A stretch of 64,000 nt of DNA from an uncultured Actinomycetes bacterium (GCA_963802395.1 CAWDIP010000005.1:851363-915362); one strand, 5' to 3'; positions 10,141-21,102 are shown, counted from the stretch's first letter. The notes: generated by a model not told the origin, from the letters alone. Numbers and translations: made by a program.

Positions 10141-10808
10141 GGCTCGGGCCGGCAACGTGGTCGGAGCTCGAGTCCGATGCGCGGCCCATCGTGGTGCTGC
10201 CATTGGGCTCGTGCGAGCAGCACGGGCCGCATCTCCCGCTCGACACCGACACCCGCATCGCCGTCGCGCTCGCCGAACGCCTCGCCGCCCAACGCGGACG
10301 GGGTGCTCGTTGCGCCGCCGCTCGCGTTCGGCGCGAGCTGGGAACATCACGGGTTCCCCGGGCTGCTGTCGCTCGACGGCGGAGTTGCTCGCCGAGCTGC
10401 TCGTCGAGCTCGCCCGTTCGGCCGACTGGTCCGGCGGGCTGGTGTTCGTGAACGGCCACGGCGGCAACCTGCACGGCGTTCGCGACGCCGTTCGCCGGAT
10501 CACGTTCGAGGAGCGCCGGGTCATGTCGTGGTCGCCCCAGATCCCGGGCGAGCGATGCCCACGCCGGACGCACCGAGACCTCGATCATGCTCGCCCTTGA
10601 CCCCGAGCTGGTCCGCTCCGATCGGCTGGCTCACGGGTGGACCGGGGACCTGACGGCGGTCCAGGCGCACGGCGTCGCGGCAGTGAGCGAGCAGGGCGTG
10701 CTCGGCGACCCGACGGCAGCGACCGCCGCGGAGGGCCACGAGGTGCTCGACGACCTCACCGCCGATCTGCTCGCCCGCTTCGACGAGTGGTGCCGGCCCC
10801 CACCGTGA
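10137..10808 (+). CDS. mftE: creatininase-family protein, mycofactocin system MftE-like; 2-3 frame disruptions
   Basis: PIVVLPLGSCEQHGPHLPLDTDTRIAVALAERLAA matches the EQHGPHLPLDTDT signature of MftE. Further fragments (LVAPPLAFGASWEHHGFPG, LVFVNGHGGN, and DAHAGRTETSIMLALDPELV...GVAAVSEQGVLGDPTAATAAEG in a later frame) complete the family pattern. The stop at 10806-10808 overlaps the mftF GTG. Confidence 0.7.
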
Positions 10809-12258
10809 GATACGTCGTCGATCCGGCACTCGCTCGGTGGAGGAGCGCGCGATCGTCATCGGCGGATCGCCGCTCACGCTGTTCCGGCTCACGGTCGCCG
10901 GAGCCGAGTGGTGACGGCCATCCAGGGCGGCGATCCGCTGCCGCCCGGGCACGAGCGACTCACCGATCGACTGCTCGACGCCGGAGCGATCCACCCGGCC
11001 CCGGAGCCCGGCGACGGCGCCCGGCCCGAGGATGTGACGGCGGTGATCCCCGCGGTACGCGACTGGCCCCGACGATCTCGGCCGGCTCGTCGAGGGGCTC
11101 ACGGCCGAGGGAGTACGTCGTTGATCGTCGTCGACGACGCATCCCCGATCCCGCTCACTCGCCGCATCGCCGGCGCGCTGCTCGGTGGAGATGATCCGGC
11201 TCGACCGACAACTCGGGTCCGGGCGGTGCCCGCAACGCCGGTGCGCAGCGCGTGGAGACCCCGTTCGTGGTGTTCGTCGACGCCGACACCGAGCTAACGC
11301 CGGGATGGTTGGCACCCCTGCTCGCGCACATGGGCGACGCACGGGTCGGGCTCGTCGCGCCACGGGTCGAGCCGACCCCGGGGCACGGCGACCGGTTGGC
11401 GCGATTCGAGGCATGGCGGTCGCCCCTCGACCTCGGTCCCGCTCCCGCCCGAGTGCGCGCCGGGAGCCGGGTGAGTTACGTGCCGGCCGCCGCGGTCGCT
11501 CGTGCGGGTGGCGGCCTTTCGGGCGGTCGGCGGGTTCGACCCCGAGCTTCGCTTCGGCGAGGACGTCGATCTGGTCTGGCGGCTCGACGAGGCGGGCTGG
11601 CGCTGCCGGTACGAGCCGGCGTCCGTCGTGACCCACGGACCCGACCCGAGCTGCGGGCGTGGGTCCGTCAGCGATACGAGTACGGCACCTCGGCGGCTCC
11701 GCTCGCCGGTCGCCACCCCGGTGCCCTCGCTCCGGTCCGGGTCAGCGGCTGGAGCGCCCTCGCATGGGGCGTCGGGCACGCTGGTGTCGCCGCTCGCCGG
11801 CATCGCCATCGGTGCGGGCACGACCGCTCGCCCTGGTCCGCAAGCTCCGGCCGATGGAGCATCCGTTCGCCGAGGCGTCCCGGCTCGGCCGGCCTCGGCA
11901 ACCTGTTCGCCGGACGCATCCTCGCCGCCGCCCTGACCCGGGCCTGGTGGCCGATCGCGCTCGTGGCCGCGCTGTGTCACGCCGCGCCCGCCGGGTCGTC
12001 ATCTTGGCCGCGCGTGCTGCCGACCCTGTTCGAGTGGGCGACGCGACCGACCGGCGCTCGACCCGGTCTCGGCGCTCGGTCTCCGCATGCTCGACGACGT
12101 GGCCTACGGCGCCGGCGTGTGGGCCGGCATGGCCGCGCCACCGCACGCTCGATCCGCTCCGCCCCGATCTCGCGGAACTGGCCCGGCAACTCGGGACGGC
12201 GCAGCGAGCCGACCGGAGCGAGCTCGATCAGGAGCTGAGCTGGCAGCCGCTCGGATGA
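10805..12258 (+). CDS. mftF: family-2 glycosyltransferase, mycofactocin system MftF-like; multiple frame disruptions
   Basis: Fragments collinear with mycobacterial MftF occur across at least 5 frame switches: [53 protein letters not shown]...[34 protein letters not shown]...GLVAPRV...[13 protein letters not shown]...[43 protein letters not shown] and the C-terminal [10 protein letters not shown]. Confidence 0.65.
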
Positions 12259-12822
12259 GGTCGCTGCAGTCGACGCACACCGACTCGGGAACGATCCCCC
12301 ACCGCATCAGCCGGGCGAAGATCACGCAGCCGAGGCAGAATCCGAAAGCCGCTTCGAGGAACGCCGCCCCGGTGAGCCCGGCGATCAGCACGCAGTGCGA
12401 CGGCCGGTGGGCGCCGCGCAGCCACGGCGACCGAGGCCCGAGGCCGTGAAGGCGCGCACCGATGCCCTGGGCGAACCGCTTCGGGCGGGCCGGCCACCAG
12501 GCGGTGCGCGCCACCGAACCGGGGCGACGACGACCTGGGTGACGAACTGGCCGAGCGGGCTCAGCGTCGGGCCGGTGAGGACCCGGGCGAGGAATCCGTA
12601 GGTCAGCGGGAACAGCACCCAACCCGATCCAAGGCCGAGGAAGGCAACGGCCTGCAGCACGACGCCGCTGGCCACCAGCCGGGCCGAGGTCTCGTTGACC
12701 GTGTTGGGGAACCCGAAGACACGCTTCACGCCCGCCACCCTACCCCAATACCCGACCAACTCAGTCAACTTTCCCCCTTCTGATCGCGTCTTGACCGGCA
12801 GACGGGGGGCGACCGAACGCAC
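12228..12822 (-). CDS. DUF4395-family small membrane protein (C-terminal CxxC motif); probably one frame disruption
   Basis: KRVFGFPNTVNETSARLVASGVVLQAVAFLGL...WVLFPLTYGFLARVLTGPTLSPLGQFVTQVVVAP is in one frame. It continues in another frame as KRFAQGIGARL...AFLEAAFGFCLGCVIFARLMRWGIVPESVCVDCSD. The ends are approximate, and the 3' end is convergent with and overlaps mftF. Confidence 0.45.
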
Positions 12823-12831
12823 CAGGAATCC
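12774..12831 (+). repeat. copy B of the conserved ~57-nt intergenic element, immediately upstream of the alanine-racemase-fold gene
   Basis: CCCCCTTCTGATCGCGTCTTGACCGGCAGACGGGGGGCGACCGAACGCACCAGGAATCC. It ends about 15-25 nt before the gene start. Confidence 0.6.
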
Positions 12832-12845
12832 GGCTGGCGGCTAGC

Positions 12846-13815
12846 GTGCCGCGCCGATGGCCCTCGTGCTCACCGTGGAGCAGCCGGTGTGGTGGGATCA
12901 CGTCACTCGAGGTCGCCGAGCGGCTCGGCGACCGGCTCGTCCCCGTCATCAAGGGCAACGGCTACGGCCTCGGCCGGGCGACCTGGACGCGGTCGGTGGC
13001 CGAACTCGGGCTCGAGCAGGTCGCGTCGGAACGGTCGCACGAACTGCTCGACGTCACCGCGGCGACTCCGCCAGCTCGTCCTCACCCCAGCCTCGACGAC
13101 CCGATCGACGGTGTTCCCGACGACGCCGTGCTGACCGTCGGTTCGCGCTCCACAGCTCGAAGCCGCACGTGCTCATCGGCGGTCCGCTGGCGATCAAGCT
13201 GCGATCCTCGATGCAGCGCTACGGGGTCGCCGCCGACGAGCTCCCAACGATGCTCGATCGCGGTCCCTGCGGCTCGACCGCTTCGTACTCCACCTCCCCC
13301 TCGCCGGCACCGACGACGACCGCGTGGCCGAGATCGAGGCATGGCTCGCCCACCTCCCCGGCAGGTATCGACGCTCTCGGTGAGCCACCTCTCGATCGAC
13401 TCGTTCGAGGCGCTCGCCGCCCGCCACCCCCGACGGCGGTTCCGCAGCTCCGCATGGGCACCGCTCTGTGGCACGGCGACAAGTCGGCGTTCCACCTCGG
13501 GTGCCGAGTCGTCAACGAGGTACGGCCCGTCACCGACGGCGCCCGCGCCGGGTATCGGCAGGTTCCCGTGCCGGTCAGCGGCCACCTGGTGATGATCGGC
13601 GGCGGGCTCTGCCCACGGGCGTCAGCCCACTCCCCGACGGGCGAAGCCCCTTCCACTTCGATCACCAGCGACTCGAGCTCCTCGAAGGGCCCCACATGCA
13701 CACCTCGATCGCTCTCGTCCCCGAGGGCTGCGCCTGCCCGACGAGTCGGCGAGGTCGTCGACGTCCAGCGTCCGCTCACCCAGGTGCAGCCCGACCGATC
13801 GTGTGGCTCCGATGA
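12846..13815 (+). CDS. alanine racemase N-terminal-domain (fold-type III PLP) protein; at least 3 frame disruptions
   Basis: LVPVIKGNGYGLGRA is the PLP-lysine motif of the Ala_racemase_N family. Later fragments (HVLIGGPLAIKLRSSMQRYGV, LRLDRFVLHLPLAG, LSVSHLSIDSFEAL, MGTALWHGDKSAFHLGCRVVNEVRPVTDGARAGYRQVPVPVSGHLVMIGGG, DGRSPFHFDHQRLELLEGPHMHTSIALVP) lie in alternating frames. Confidence 0.55.
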
Positions 13816-13845
13816 ACGCGGCCGCCGACCTCGCCGAGCCCGGTC

Positions 13846-14967
13846 GTGCTTCCCGGATTCGACGTGGTCCGCGCCACCGCACTTCATCGGTGTCGTGGTG
13901 ATGAACTACCACGGCTACCTCAACGGCGGGAGCGGTCCGAACCCCGTCGTTCGCCGAGCGGGTGTTCGATCCGTTCGTCGGGCGTGCTGTCCACCCGCTT
14001 CGCCGCCACGTTCGTCACCGTCGCCGGTGTGGGCGTGGTGCTGCTCACGAACCGCTCACGCCGGTCGGGCGACGCCGAAGCCCGCCGCCGAGACCGGTGG
14101 CGGTTGATCCGGCGCGGCGCGTTCCTGCTCGCCCTCGGGTACGTGCTCGACTGGATCTGGGCAGGCACGATCCTGTTCTTCTACGGCGCCTACTTCATCG
14201 GTGGCGGCGCTGCTTTTCACCCTGCGGATCCGCTGGCTGGCCCTCATCGCATTCGTCAGTGCCATCGCGGCGTGGGGGGTGCAGTGGTGGTCGCTCGACC
14301 GGACCCTGAATGGTCACGACACGTGGTGGCTCATCTGGAGCGGCCGGGCATCGGGCGAGGCGGCCTCGATGCGAAGCCCTCGCGACGCCGTCTTCGACGT
14401 GTTCCTGCACGGCACCCATCCCGCTCTTCCCGTGGCTCACGTTCTTCTGCTGCGGAATGATCCTGGGCCGCCTGATCCCTCACCTCACCCGGTTTCGCCG
14501 CCCGCTCATCGTCGCCGGCGTGGGCGCGGTCGGCGTTGGTTACGCCGCGGCCACCCTCTTACGCCGGGCATACGAGTTCCCGACCTCGAACCTCGAGTTC
14601 CACCTCCAGGAGCTGTCGCACACCGACCCCTTCAGCCGACAGCCGCTGTACGTGCTGACCACGTTGGGTTCGTCGGTCGTGGCGACCCTCGGCATCGCCT
14701 GGCTCGCCGACCGCTACCCCACCTCGACACCGGTCGATGTGCTGCGCCGCTCCGGGCGGCTCACCTTCACGATCTACATCGCTCCACGTCCTGGTGTTCA
14801 GAGCAGTGGTCGACGTGATGGGTTGGGTCGGCCCGACCGGGCTCGACACCGCGCTGGCCTTCGCGCTGGTGGTGTTCGGGCTGGCGACGATCGCCGGCGC
14901 CTGGTGGCAACGCGTCCGTCGGGCTGGGCCCGGTGGAACGCGATCTACCGCCGAGTTCGGGGGCTGA
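13846..14967 (+). CDS. DUF418/DUF1624-family polytopic membrane protein; several frame disruptions
   Basis: The N-terminal GFDVVRATAL-IGVVVMNYHGYLNGG motif is followed by LSTRFAATFVTVAGVGVVLL, AFLLALGYVLDWIWAGTILFFYGAYFIGG, LTFFCCGMILGRL...LIVAGVGAVGVGYAAATLL, LTFTIYI and HVLVFRAVVDVMGWVGPTGLDTALAFALVVFGLATIAGAWW. These lie in 4 frames. Confidence 0.5.
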
Positions 14968-15014
14968 TCGCTCGCCGGCTCGACCCGCGCGGCAGCTCGA
15001 GCTCGGCCGGTGGT

Positions 15015-15981
15015 TCACTCCGAGAAGGTGTCGCACTGATCGCTGGAGCCGGTCTCGAACCCCCGACGGAACCAGGTCACGCGCTGCTCGGAGGTGCCGT
15101 GGGTGAACGAGTCGGGGTCGACCCGGCCGCCCGACTGCTTCTGGATCCGATCGTCACCGACCGCCGCGGCGGCATTGATGGCCTCGTTGATCTCGTTGGC
15201 GTTGTCGAACTGGTCGCGGGCGTTGGCGTCGTGGGCCCACACCCCGGCGAGGCAATCGGCCTGGAGCTCGAGTCGCACCGACAAGGCGTTGGCCTGCGAC
15301 GGGTTGCGTTGCTCGGCCTTCGTCGGACCTGGTCGCTGATCCCGAGCAGGTTCTGGAGGTGGTGCCCGTACTCGTGGGCGACGATGTACTGCGCGGCGAG
15401 ATCGCCCGTGGCTCCGAACTGGTCCTGGAGCTGGACCAGGAAGTCGAGATCGAAGTACACCTTCGAGTCGGCCGGGCAGTAGAACGGGCCCATGTTGGCG
15501 ACGGCCGATCCGCAGCCGGTGGTCGGTCGCCGCCGCTGAAGAAGACGGTCTTGGCGAACTCGTACTGACGGCCGGCCGCCGTGAACGTGCGGTCCCAGAA
15601 CTCCTGCACGTCTCGCTGCCCGCCGCAGATGATCTGGGCGATCTCGGTGTCGCACGGTCCCGAGCCGGCGGCGCCGCTTCCGGCGGCAGCCTCGGCTCGG
15701 CGTCGGGCGCCAAGCCCGACCGATGGCACATCGGCGGCTCGACGGCCCCGGTGCCGGCGCCGCGCGAGCAACTTGGGCAGGAACGCCACGGCGAGCACGA
15801 GGATCAGACCGAGCAGCCCGCCGCCGGCCTTCATCGGGATCCCGAGGCCTCCGCCGCCACCGCCACCGCCGCCCGACCCATCGGGAACGGGAAGCCGACT
15901 GCCTCCTCCGCCCCCGCCGCCACCCTGGCCGCGGCGGTCTTCGATCATCGAGTCGTTCCCGGACTCGCGGATCTTCGTCAC
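15015..15981 (-). CDS. YpfJ-family putative neutral zinc metallopeptidase (Zn_peptidase_2); 2 frame disruptions
   Basis: A Gly-rich N-terminus plus TM segment (GGGGGGGGSRLP...GGGGGGGGGLGIPMKAGGGLLGLILVLAV). Then FYCPADSKVYFDLDFLVQLQDQFGATGDLAAQYIVAHEYGHHLQNLLGI (the HExxH-type HEYGHH zinc motif), QANALSVRLELQADCLAGVWAHDA, and the C-terminal GDDRIQKQSGGRVDPDSFTHGTSEQRVTWFRRGFETGSSDQCDTF. Confidence 0.7.
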
Positions 15982-16023
15982 GTGTGCTCCGTTCCTGGGG
16001 CGAATAGCTGGGTCGACGGATGG

Positions 16024-17488
16024 TCAGATGGCGACGGCAACGTACTTGGTGACCAGGTACTCGTCGATACCGAACCGGCCACCTTCGCGACCGTACCCGG
16101 AGTGCTTGACCCCGCCGAAGGGCACGTTGGCGGCCGAGATCATGCCGGTGTTCATGCCCGATGATGCCGTGCTCCAGACCCTCGGCGACCCGGAAGAGGC
16201 GCGGCGTGGTCGCGGGTGTGGGCGTAGGCGGCCAGTCCGAACGGGGTCGAGTTGGCCATGCGCGAGCGCCTCGTCCTCGGTGTCGAACACGGTGAGCCCG
16301 AGCACCGGACCGAACGTCTCCTCCTGGGCGATGCGCATCGGTGGCGTCGATCCCGGTGAGCACCGTCGGGTCGAAGAAGTTGCCGCCGCTCGTAACTCGC
16401 CGCCCGTCAGCCGAGTGCCACCGACGACGCAGCGCGGCGCCCTTGGCGACGGCGTCGCTGCACGTGTCCTTCGGCCTTGGCCAGGCGCGTCGGCATCGAT
16501 CAGCGGGCCGACCATCACGCCCGGCGGTGAGCCCGTTGCCGACCGAGAGCGCCGGCCACCTTGGCCGCGATCCGGGCGGTGAACTCCTCGGCGATCCCCC
16601 GCTGCACGTAGACCCGGTTCGTGCACACGCAGGTCTGGCCGGCGTTGCGGAACTTGCAGGCGATGACCTGATCGACCGCGATGTCGAGATCGGCGTCGTC
16701 GAAGACGAGGTACGGCGCATGTCCGCCGAGCTCGAGCGACAAGCGCACGACCTGCTCGGCGGAGGCCTTGATCAGCAGCCGCCCGACCTCGGTCGACCCG
16801 GTGAAGCTGACCTTGCGCACCCGACCGTCGGTGAACAGGGTGTCGGAGACCTCGGCGGCCCGGTCGGAGGTGACCACGCCGAGCACGCCGGCCGGAAGCC
16901 CGGCATCGAGCAGGGCCTGGGCGACCGCCAACGCGGTGAGCGGGGTCGACTCCGCCGGCTTGATCACCATCGTGCAGCCAGCGGCCAGCGCCGGGGCGAT
17001 CTTGCGGGCCAGCATCGCCGCGGGGAAGTTCCACGGCGTGATGGCAGCGGTCACGCCGATGGGCTGGCGCATCACGAGCACCCGATGGTCGGGGCGCTGG
17101 GCCGGGACGATCATGCCTTCGATCCGCTCGGCTTCTCCGGCGAACCACTCGAAGAAGCTCGCCGAGTACTCGACTTCTCCTTTGGCCTCGGCCAGCGGCT
17201 TGCCCTGCTCGGCCGGTGAGCGTGCGACCGATCTCGTCGGCCCGCTCCCGCAGCAACGCTGCGGTCCGCAGCAGCAGCCGGGCCCGTTCCCGAGCGACCG
17301 TTGCCCGCCAAGCCGGGAAGCGCAGCCGCGGCCGCGTCGATCACGGCTGTGGTGTCGACGTGCTCCTGCGTCGGCGACCGAGGCGATGACCTCGCCGGTG
17401 GCCGGATTGGTGACGGGTATGTCTCGCCGCTCTGGGCGGCGACCCACGCCCCGTCGAGCAGGATCGTTGCGGGGCCGGGTGCACTCAT
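16024..17488 (-). CDS. NAD(P)+-dependent aldehyde dehydrogenase (succinate-semialdehyde dehydrogenase GabD-like); about 3 frame disruptions
   Basis: ILLDGAWVAAQSGETYP / VTNPATGEVIASV / EWFAGEAERIEGMIVP...ITPWNFPAAMLARKIAPALAAGCTMVIKPAESTPLTALA...SFTGSTEVGRLL...LELGGHAPYLVFDDADLD...ACKFRNAGQTCVCTNRVYVQ. The C-terminal part is in another frame: QEETFGPV...NTGMISAANVPFGGVKHSGYGREGGRFGIDEYLVTKYVAV. Confidence 0.75.
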
Positions 17489-17545
17489 GCCCGGGAGGGT
17501 ACCCGGCGGGCGCGTGTCGCCCGAACGATCAACGATCCGGAACGA

Positions 17546-18667
17546 TCAGCGTCCGGCGACGAGATCGTCGAGGTGCGTCCCGAGGGCACGGCCCGCAGCC
17601 GCGTCGGTGCACCAGGATTCGCCGAACACCCGCGCCCCCTCGTTCAACCGCGTCCTGAGTGCCTCATCGGTCCACATCGCCTCGATCGCCGTCGCCAGAC
17701 CGACCTCGTCGCCCGGGGAGTGAACGAGTGCGTTCACGTCGGGGATGATGTAGTCCTCGACACCGGGTCGCATGGTGGACACGAGCGCCCGGCCGTGTCG
17801 GTAGGCCTCGACCATCGTCACGAGACCGGCGTTGGCTCCACCGGTGGTGAGCGGCACGACGTTGACGCGGGCCCGGCGCACCAGACGGTGGATGTCGTCC
17901 TTGGGCAGCTGATCCAGGATCACGACCGACTTCGGCGGCGTCAGCCCGCTCAGCACGCGGGGTCCGGCGAGCACCAGGGTGCGGTACCCGAGCCGATCGA
18001 TGGCCTTGAAGAACGTGCCGTAGTCGCGGAAGCCCGAACCCGTTGCGAACACGAACGGCTCGTCGTCGTCGATCTCGTCCGTGGCAACTCCGCCGCCGTA
18101 CTGGAGCGGCGCGAACCGGAAGCGCTCGGCCGGCAGATCGAGCCGATCGCTGTAGAGCCCGATCTCGCGGGTGGAGTGGACGATGAATCGGTCGACAGCG
18201 CGCAGGCTCGTGCGGGCCTGCAGCAGCCGTCCGCCCTCGCCGAGCTCGGTGTTGAAGAACCACGAGAGCAACGGAACGTCGCGTCGGCTGAGCCGCTTCT
18301 GCACGGCAACCGTGGCGGCCAGCTGCGGGAACACCGTGACGATGCCCCCTTCGGTGGCGGCCAGAGCTCGCCGCCCTTGCCGGGCGTACTGGACCCACTC
18401 ACCGGGGCCCGAGACCGGGCGCTTGCGCTGGTGCCAGCTGCGTTCCTGGCCGACGCGAGGCACTTTGGTGAACCGATGACCGTCGCCCGGCACGAAGTCG
18501 GTCAGCCAACGATCGTGAGCGGTCTCGAAGAACGGCGCGGCGATCGCCCAATGGTGCACCGGCGTCGCCGAGCTGTTCGTCACGTCGCTCCTGGTCGTCA
18601 TGCGAGTGAGCACGAAGCCGACCGTACTGTCAGCCAACGCGGCCATGACTTGGGCGGATCGGACCAA
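17546..18667 (-). CDS. GT-B fold glycosyltransferase (family 1/4-like)
   Basis: Intact 373-aa ORF. The C-terminal domain FATGSGFRDYGTFFKAIDRLGYRTLVLAGP...VNVVPLTTGGANAGLVTMVEAYRHGRALVST is typical of GT4-type retaining glycosyltransferases. Confidence 0.65.
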   Translation of the reverse strand: MVRSAQVMAALADSTVGFVLTRMTTRSDVTNSSATPVHHWAIAAPFFETAHDRWLTDFVPGDGHRFTKVPRVGQERSWHQRKRPVSGPGEWVQYARQGRRALAATEGGIVTVFPQLAATVAVQKRLSRRDVPLLSWFFNTELGEGGRLLQARTSLRAVDRFIVHSTREIGLYSDRLDLPAERFRFAPLQYGGGVATDEIDDDEPFVFATGSGFRDYGTFFKAIDRLGYRTLVLAGPRVLSGLTPPKSVVILDQLPKDDIHRLVRRARVNVVPLTTGGANAGLVTMVEAYRHGRALVSTMRPGVEDYIIPDVNALVHSPGDEVGLATAIEAMWTDEALRTRLNEGARVFGESWCTDAAAGRALGTHLDDLVAGR

Positions 18668-18713
18668 ATCGGGCGAATCTTCGCCGATCCGAGCACCGAG
18701 CGTACCGACTCAC

Positions 18714-20249
18714 TCACGGACGATGAGTGTAGCGACGAACCGCTGTCAGTTCCTGGCGGCGTAGTCGGCGATCAGGGCGTTGGCCTGGGCCGCTCCGGCG
18801 GCGAGGGCCGTGGCGGGGTCGGTGCCGGTGAAGACCGGTCGCGATCATCTGGGCGGCGACGGCCCGGACCTCGCGCAGCGGGCCGAGCACCGGCCCGACC
18901 GACGCCGGGTCGTCGGCCGCCCCCAGCAGTTGGTCGTAGGCGACCTTGAACCGAGGGTCATCGGTGAAGGTGACGGCGATCGGTTCGAGCTCGAGCGCGT
19001 CGGAACGCACCGGGACGTACCCGGTGGCCGCGGCGTTCGTCGACTGGCTCTGCGGCGCTGACGAGGAACTTCACGTAGTCCCACGCGCCGGCCGTGACGG
19101 CGTCGGGCTTGTCGGCCACGATCCACAGCGAGTTGCCGCCGACGAGCGCGCCGGGGTCGCCGCCGGGCCCGGGCATGGGGCCGATGCCCAGATCGTCGAG
19201 CCCGATGCTGCGGGAACAGCCCGCCGCCGAGCGACGTCGAGCACCTGGCCGAGCGCCGCCGACGTCCCGATCGTCATCGCCGCCGGGTCGGCGGCTGGCC
19301 AGTTTCAGGAAGTTGTCCTGCCCGCTGGCGTTGTCGCCGACGTTGACCGCCAGCCCGTCGTTGATCATCTGCTGCAGGAACGTCAGCAACTCGAGACCCG
19401 GCCGGGCTGTCGAACAGCACCGCGGTCGCCGGCGCGCATGCGTCCGTTGTCGTTGTCGGCGTACAGCTCGCCGGCCTTGGCGAACCACTGCTCGAGGAAC
19501 CAGCCGCCACCCGAGTCGGCACCCGGAATCGAGCGCGATGCCGTAGGTGGCGGCGCCGCGAGTCGACGATCGCCTGGCTCGCCGCCCGCACCTCCTCGAG
19601 GCTCACCGGCGGGTCGTCGGGGTCGAGCCCGGCCGCCGCGAAGAACTTCGGGTGGAGGTAGAACAGCACCGGGTCGCTGACGTTGAACGGCATCGCCCAG
19701 CTGATGCCCTCGGTGGTGTACGCGCTGAGGGCTCGGGGCAGGAAGTTCGACGGGTCGTAGCCGTCGGCTTCGACGCACGCCTGCACCGGGACTGTCGACT
19801 CGGTGTCGCGGATGCTCTGCACCATGTACTCGGGGAACTGCACCAGGTCGGGGCGGGCCTCCTGGCTCGGCTGGCAGGTACTTCTCGATCGTCTGCTCGT
19901 AGCCGCCCTGGTTCTGCAGGGCCACCCGCACCTTGGCCTGCGCTGGCGTTGTAGGCGTCGGTGAGGTCAGCGAGCGTCGTCTCGCAGCACGCCGTTGAGG
20001 CCGTGCCAGAACGTGACCTCGACCGGCGCCGGTCGCGGCGGCGAGGGCGTCGACCGGGCACGGCGGGAGTTGGTCGAGCGGCGTGGTGGTCGTGGTGGGC
20101 GGCACGGTGGTGGCGCCGGGCACCGTGGTCTGGCCGGGCACGGTGACTGGCGGGAACGGTGGTGGCACCGGCTCGTTGCCCGCGTTGAGGATCGACTCGC
20201 CGTTGCCGCACGCCGCAGCCAGCGACGCGTCAGCAACGAGCTGCCGCAC
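18714..20249 (-). CDS. carbohydrate ABC transporter substrate-binding lipoprotein (family-1 SBP) with Pro/Thr-rich linker; multiple frame disruptions
   Basis: A lipobox-like N-terminus (LVADASLAAACGNGES), then a PT-rich linker and VEVTFWHGLNG. Further fragments are AQAKVRVALQNQGGYEQTIEKY, ISWAMPFNVSDPVLFYLHPKFFAAAGLDPDDPPVSLEEV, GGNSLWIVADKPDAVTAGAWDYVKFL, and the C-terminal PIAVTFTDDPRFKVAYDQLLGAADDPASV. Confidence 0.6.
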
Positions 20250-20260
20250 CGCAGCGCGGT

Positions 20261-21102
20261 CGCCGGTTCATCCCTTCACCGCTCCGGCGGTGAGGCCCCG
20301 CACGAGTTGGCGCTGGAACACCATCAGCACCAGGAAGATCGGCACCGCGGCGATGACCGTGCCGGCCCACACCAGGTTCGGCCGGTCGAGGGCGGACGAC
20401 CTGCAGGAGCTTCAGCCCGGTCTGCACCGTGTTCATGTCGTTCTCGGTCGTCACGAGCGACGGCCACAGGTACTGGTTCCAGCTCGAGAGGAACGAGAAC
20501 AGGCCGAGGGCGCCGAGCGTCGGGCGGACGAGCGGCACGGCGACCTCACGCAGGAACCCGAAGTGCCCGAGGCCATCCATCACCGCGGCTTCCCGGAGAT
20601 CCTTCGGCAGCTGCAGGAACACCTGGCGCAGCAGGAACGTGCCGAACGCGGTGGCGAGGAACGGCGCGGCGAGGCCCTGGTAGGTGTTGAGCCAGCCGAG
20701 CGAGTCGACGGTACGCCGGTTGGCGACGAGCGTGGCCTCGAGCGGGACGAGCAGGGTCGACGAGGAACACGCCGAACAGCAGGCCTCGGCCCGGAACTTC
20801 AGGAACGCGAACGCGTAGGCGGACAGCACCGAGGTGACCAGCTGGCCACGGTGACGATGACGGCGACGACGCCGGAGTTGAACAGGTAGCGACCGAGGCG
20901 GCCTTCGCGCCACGCGTCCTGCGGAACGTGCCGAGGTCGAACGAGTCGGGCACGAGCGGGCGCTGCAGCACCCGGTTGCCGGGCTTCAACGAGGCGATCA
21001 CCATCGTGTAGATCGGGAACAGCACGATGAACGCGACGACACAGCAGCAGCGCGTAGCGCACCGACGCGCCGCCACCCGCGCGGGAACGCGTCAATTGCC
21101 AT
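20261..21102 (-). CDS. carbohydrate ABC transporter permease (UgpE/MalG-like); frame-disrupted
   Basis: An EAA-loop region, VLSAYAFAFLKFR...LVPLEATLVANRRTVDSLGWLNTYQGLAAPFLATAFGTFLLRQVFLQLPKDLREAAVMDG...LSSWNQYLWPSLV. The C-terminus AGTVIAAVPIFLVLMVFQRQLVRGLTAGAVKG is in another frame, and the N-terminus VVAFIVLFPIYTMVIASLKPGN is in a third. Confidence 0.65.
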
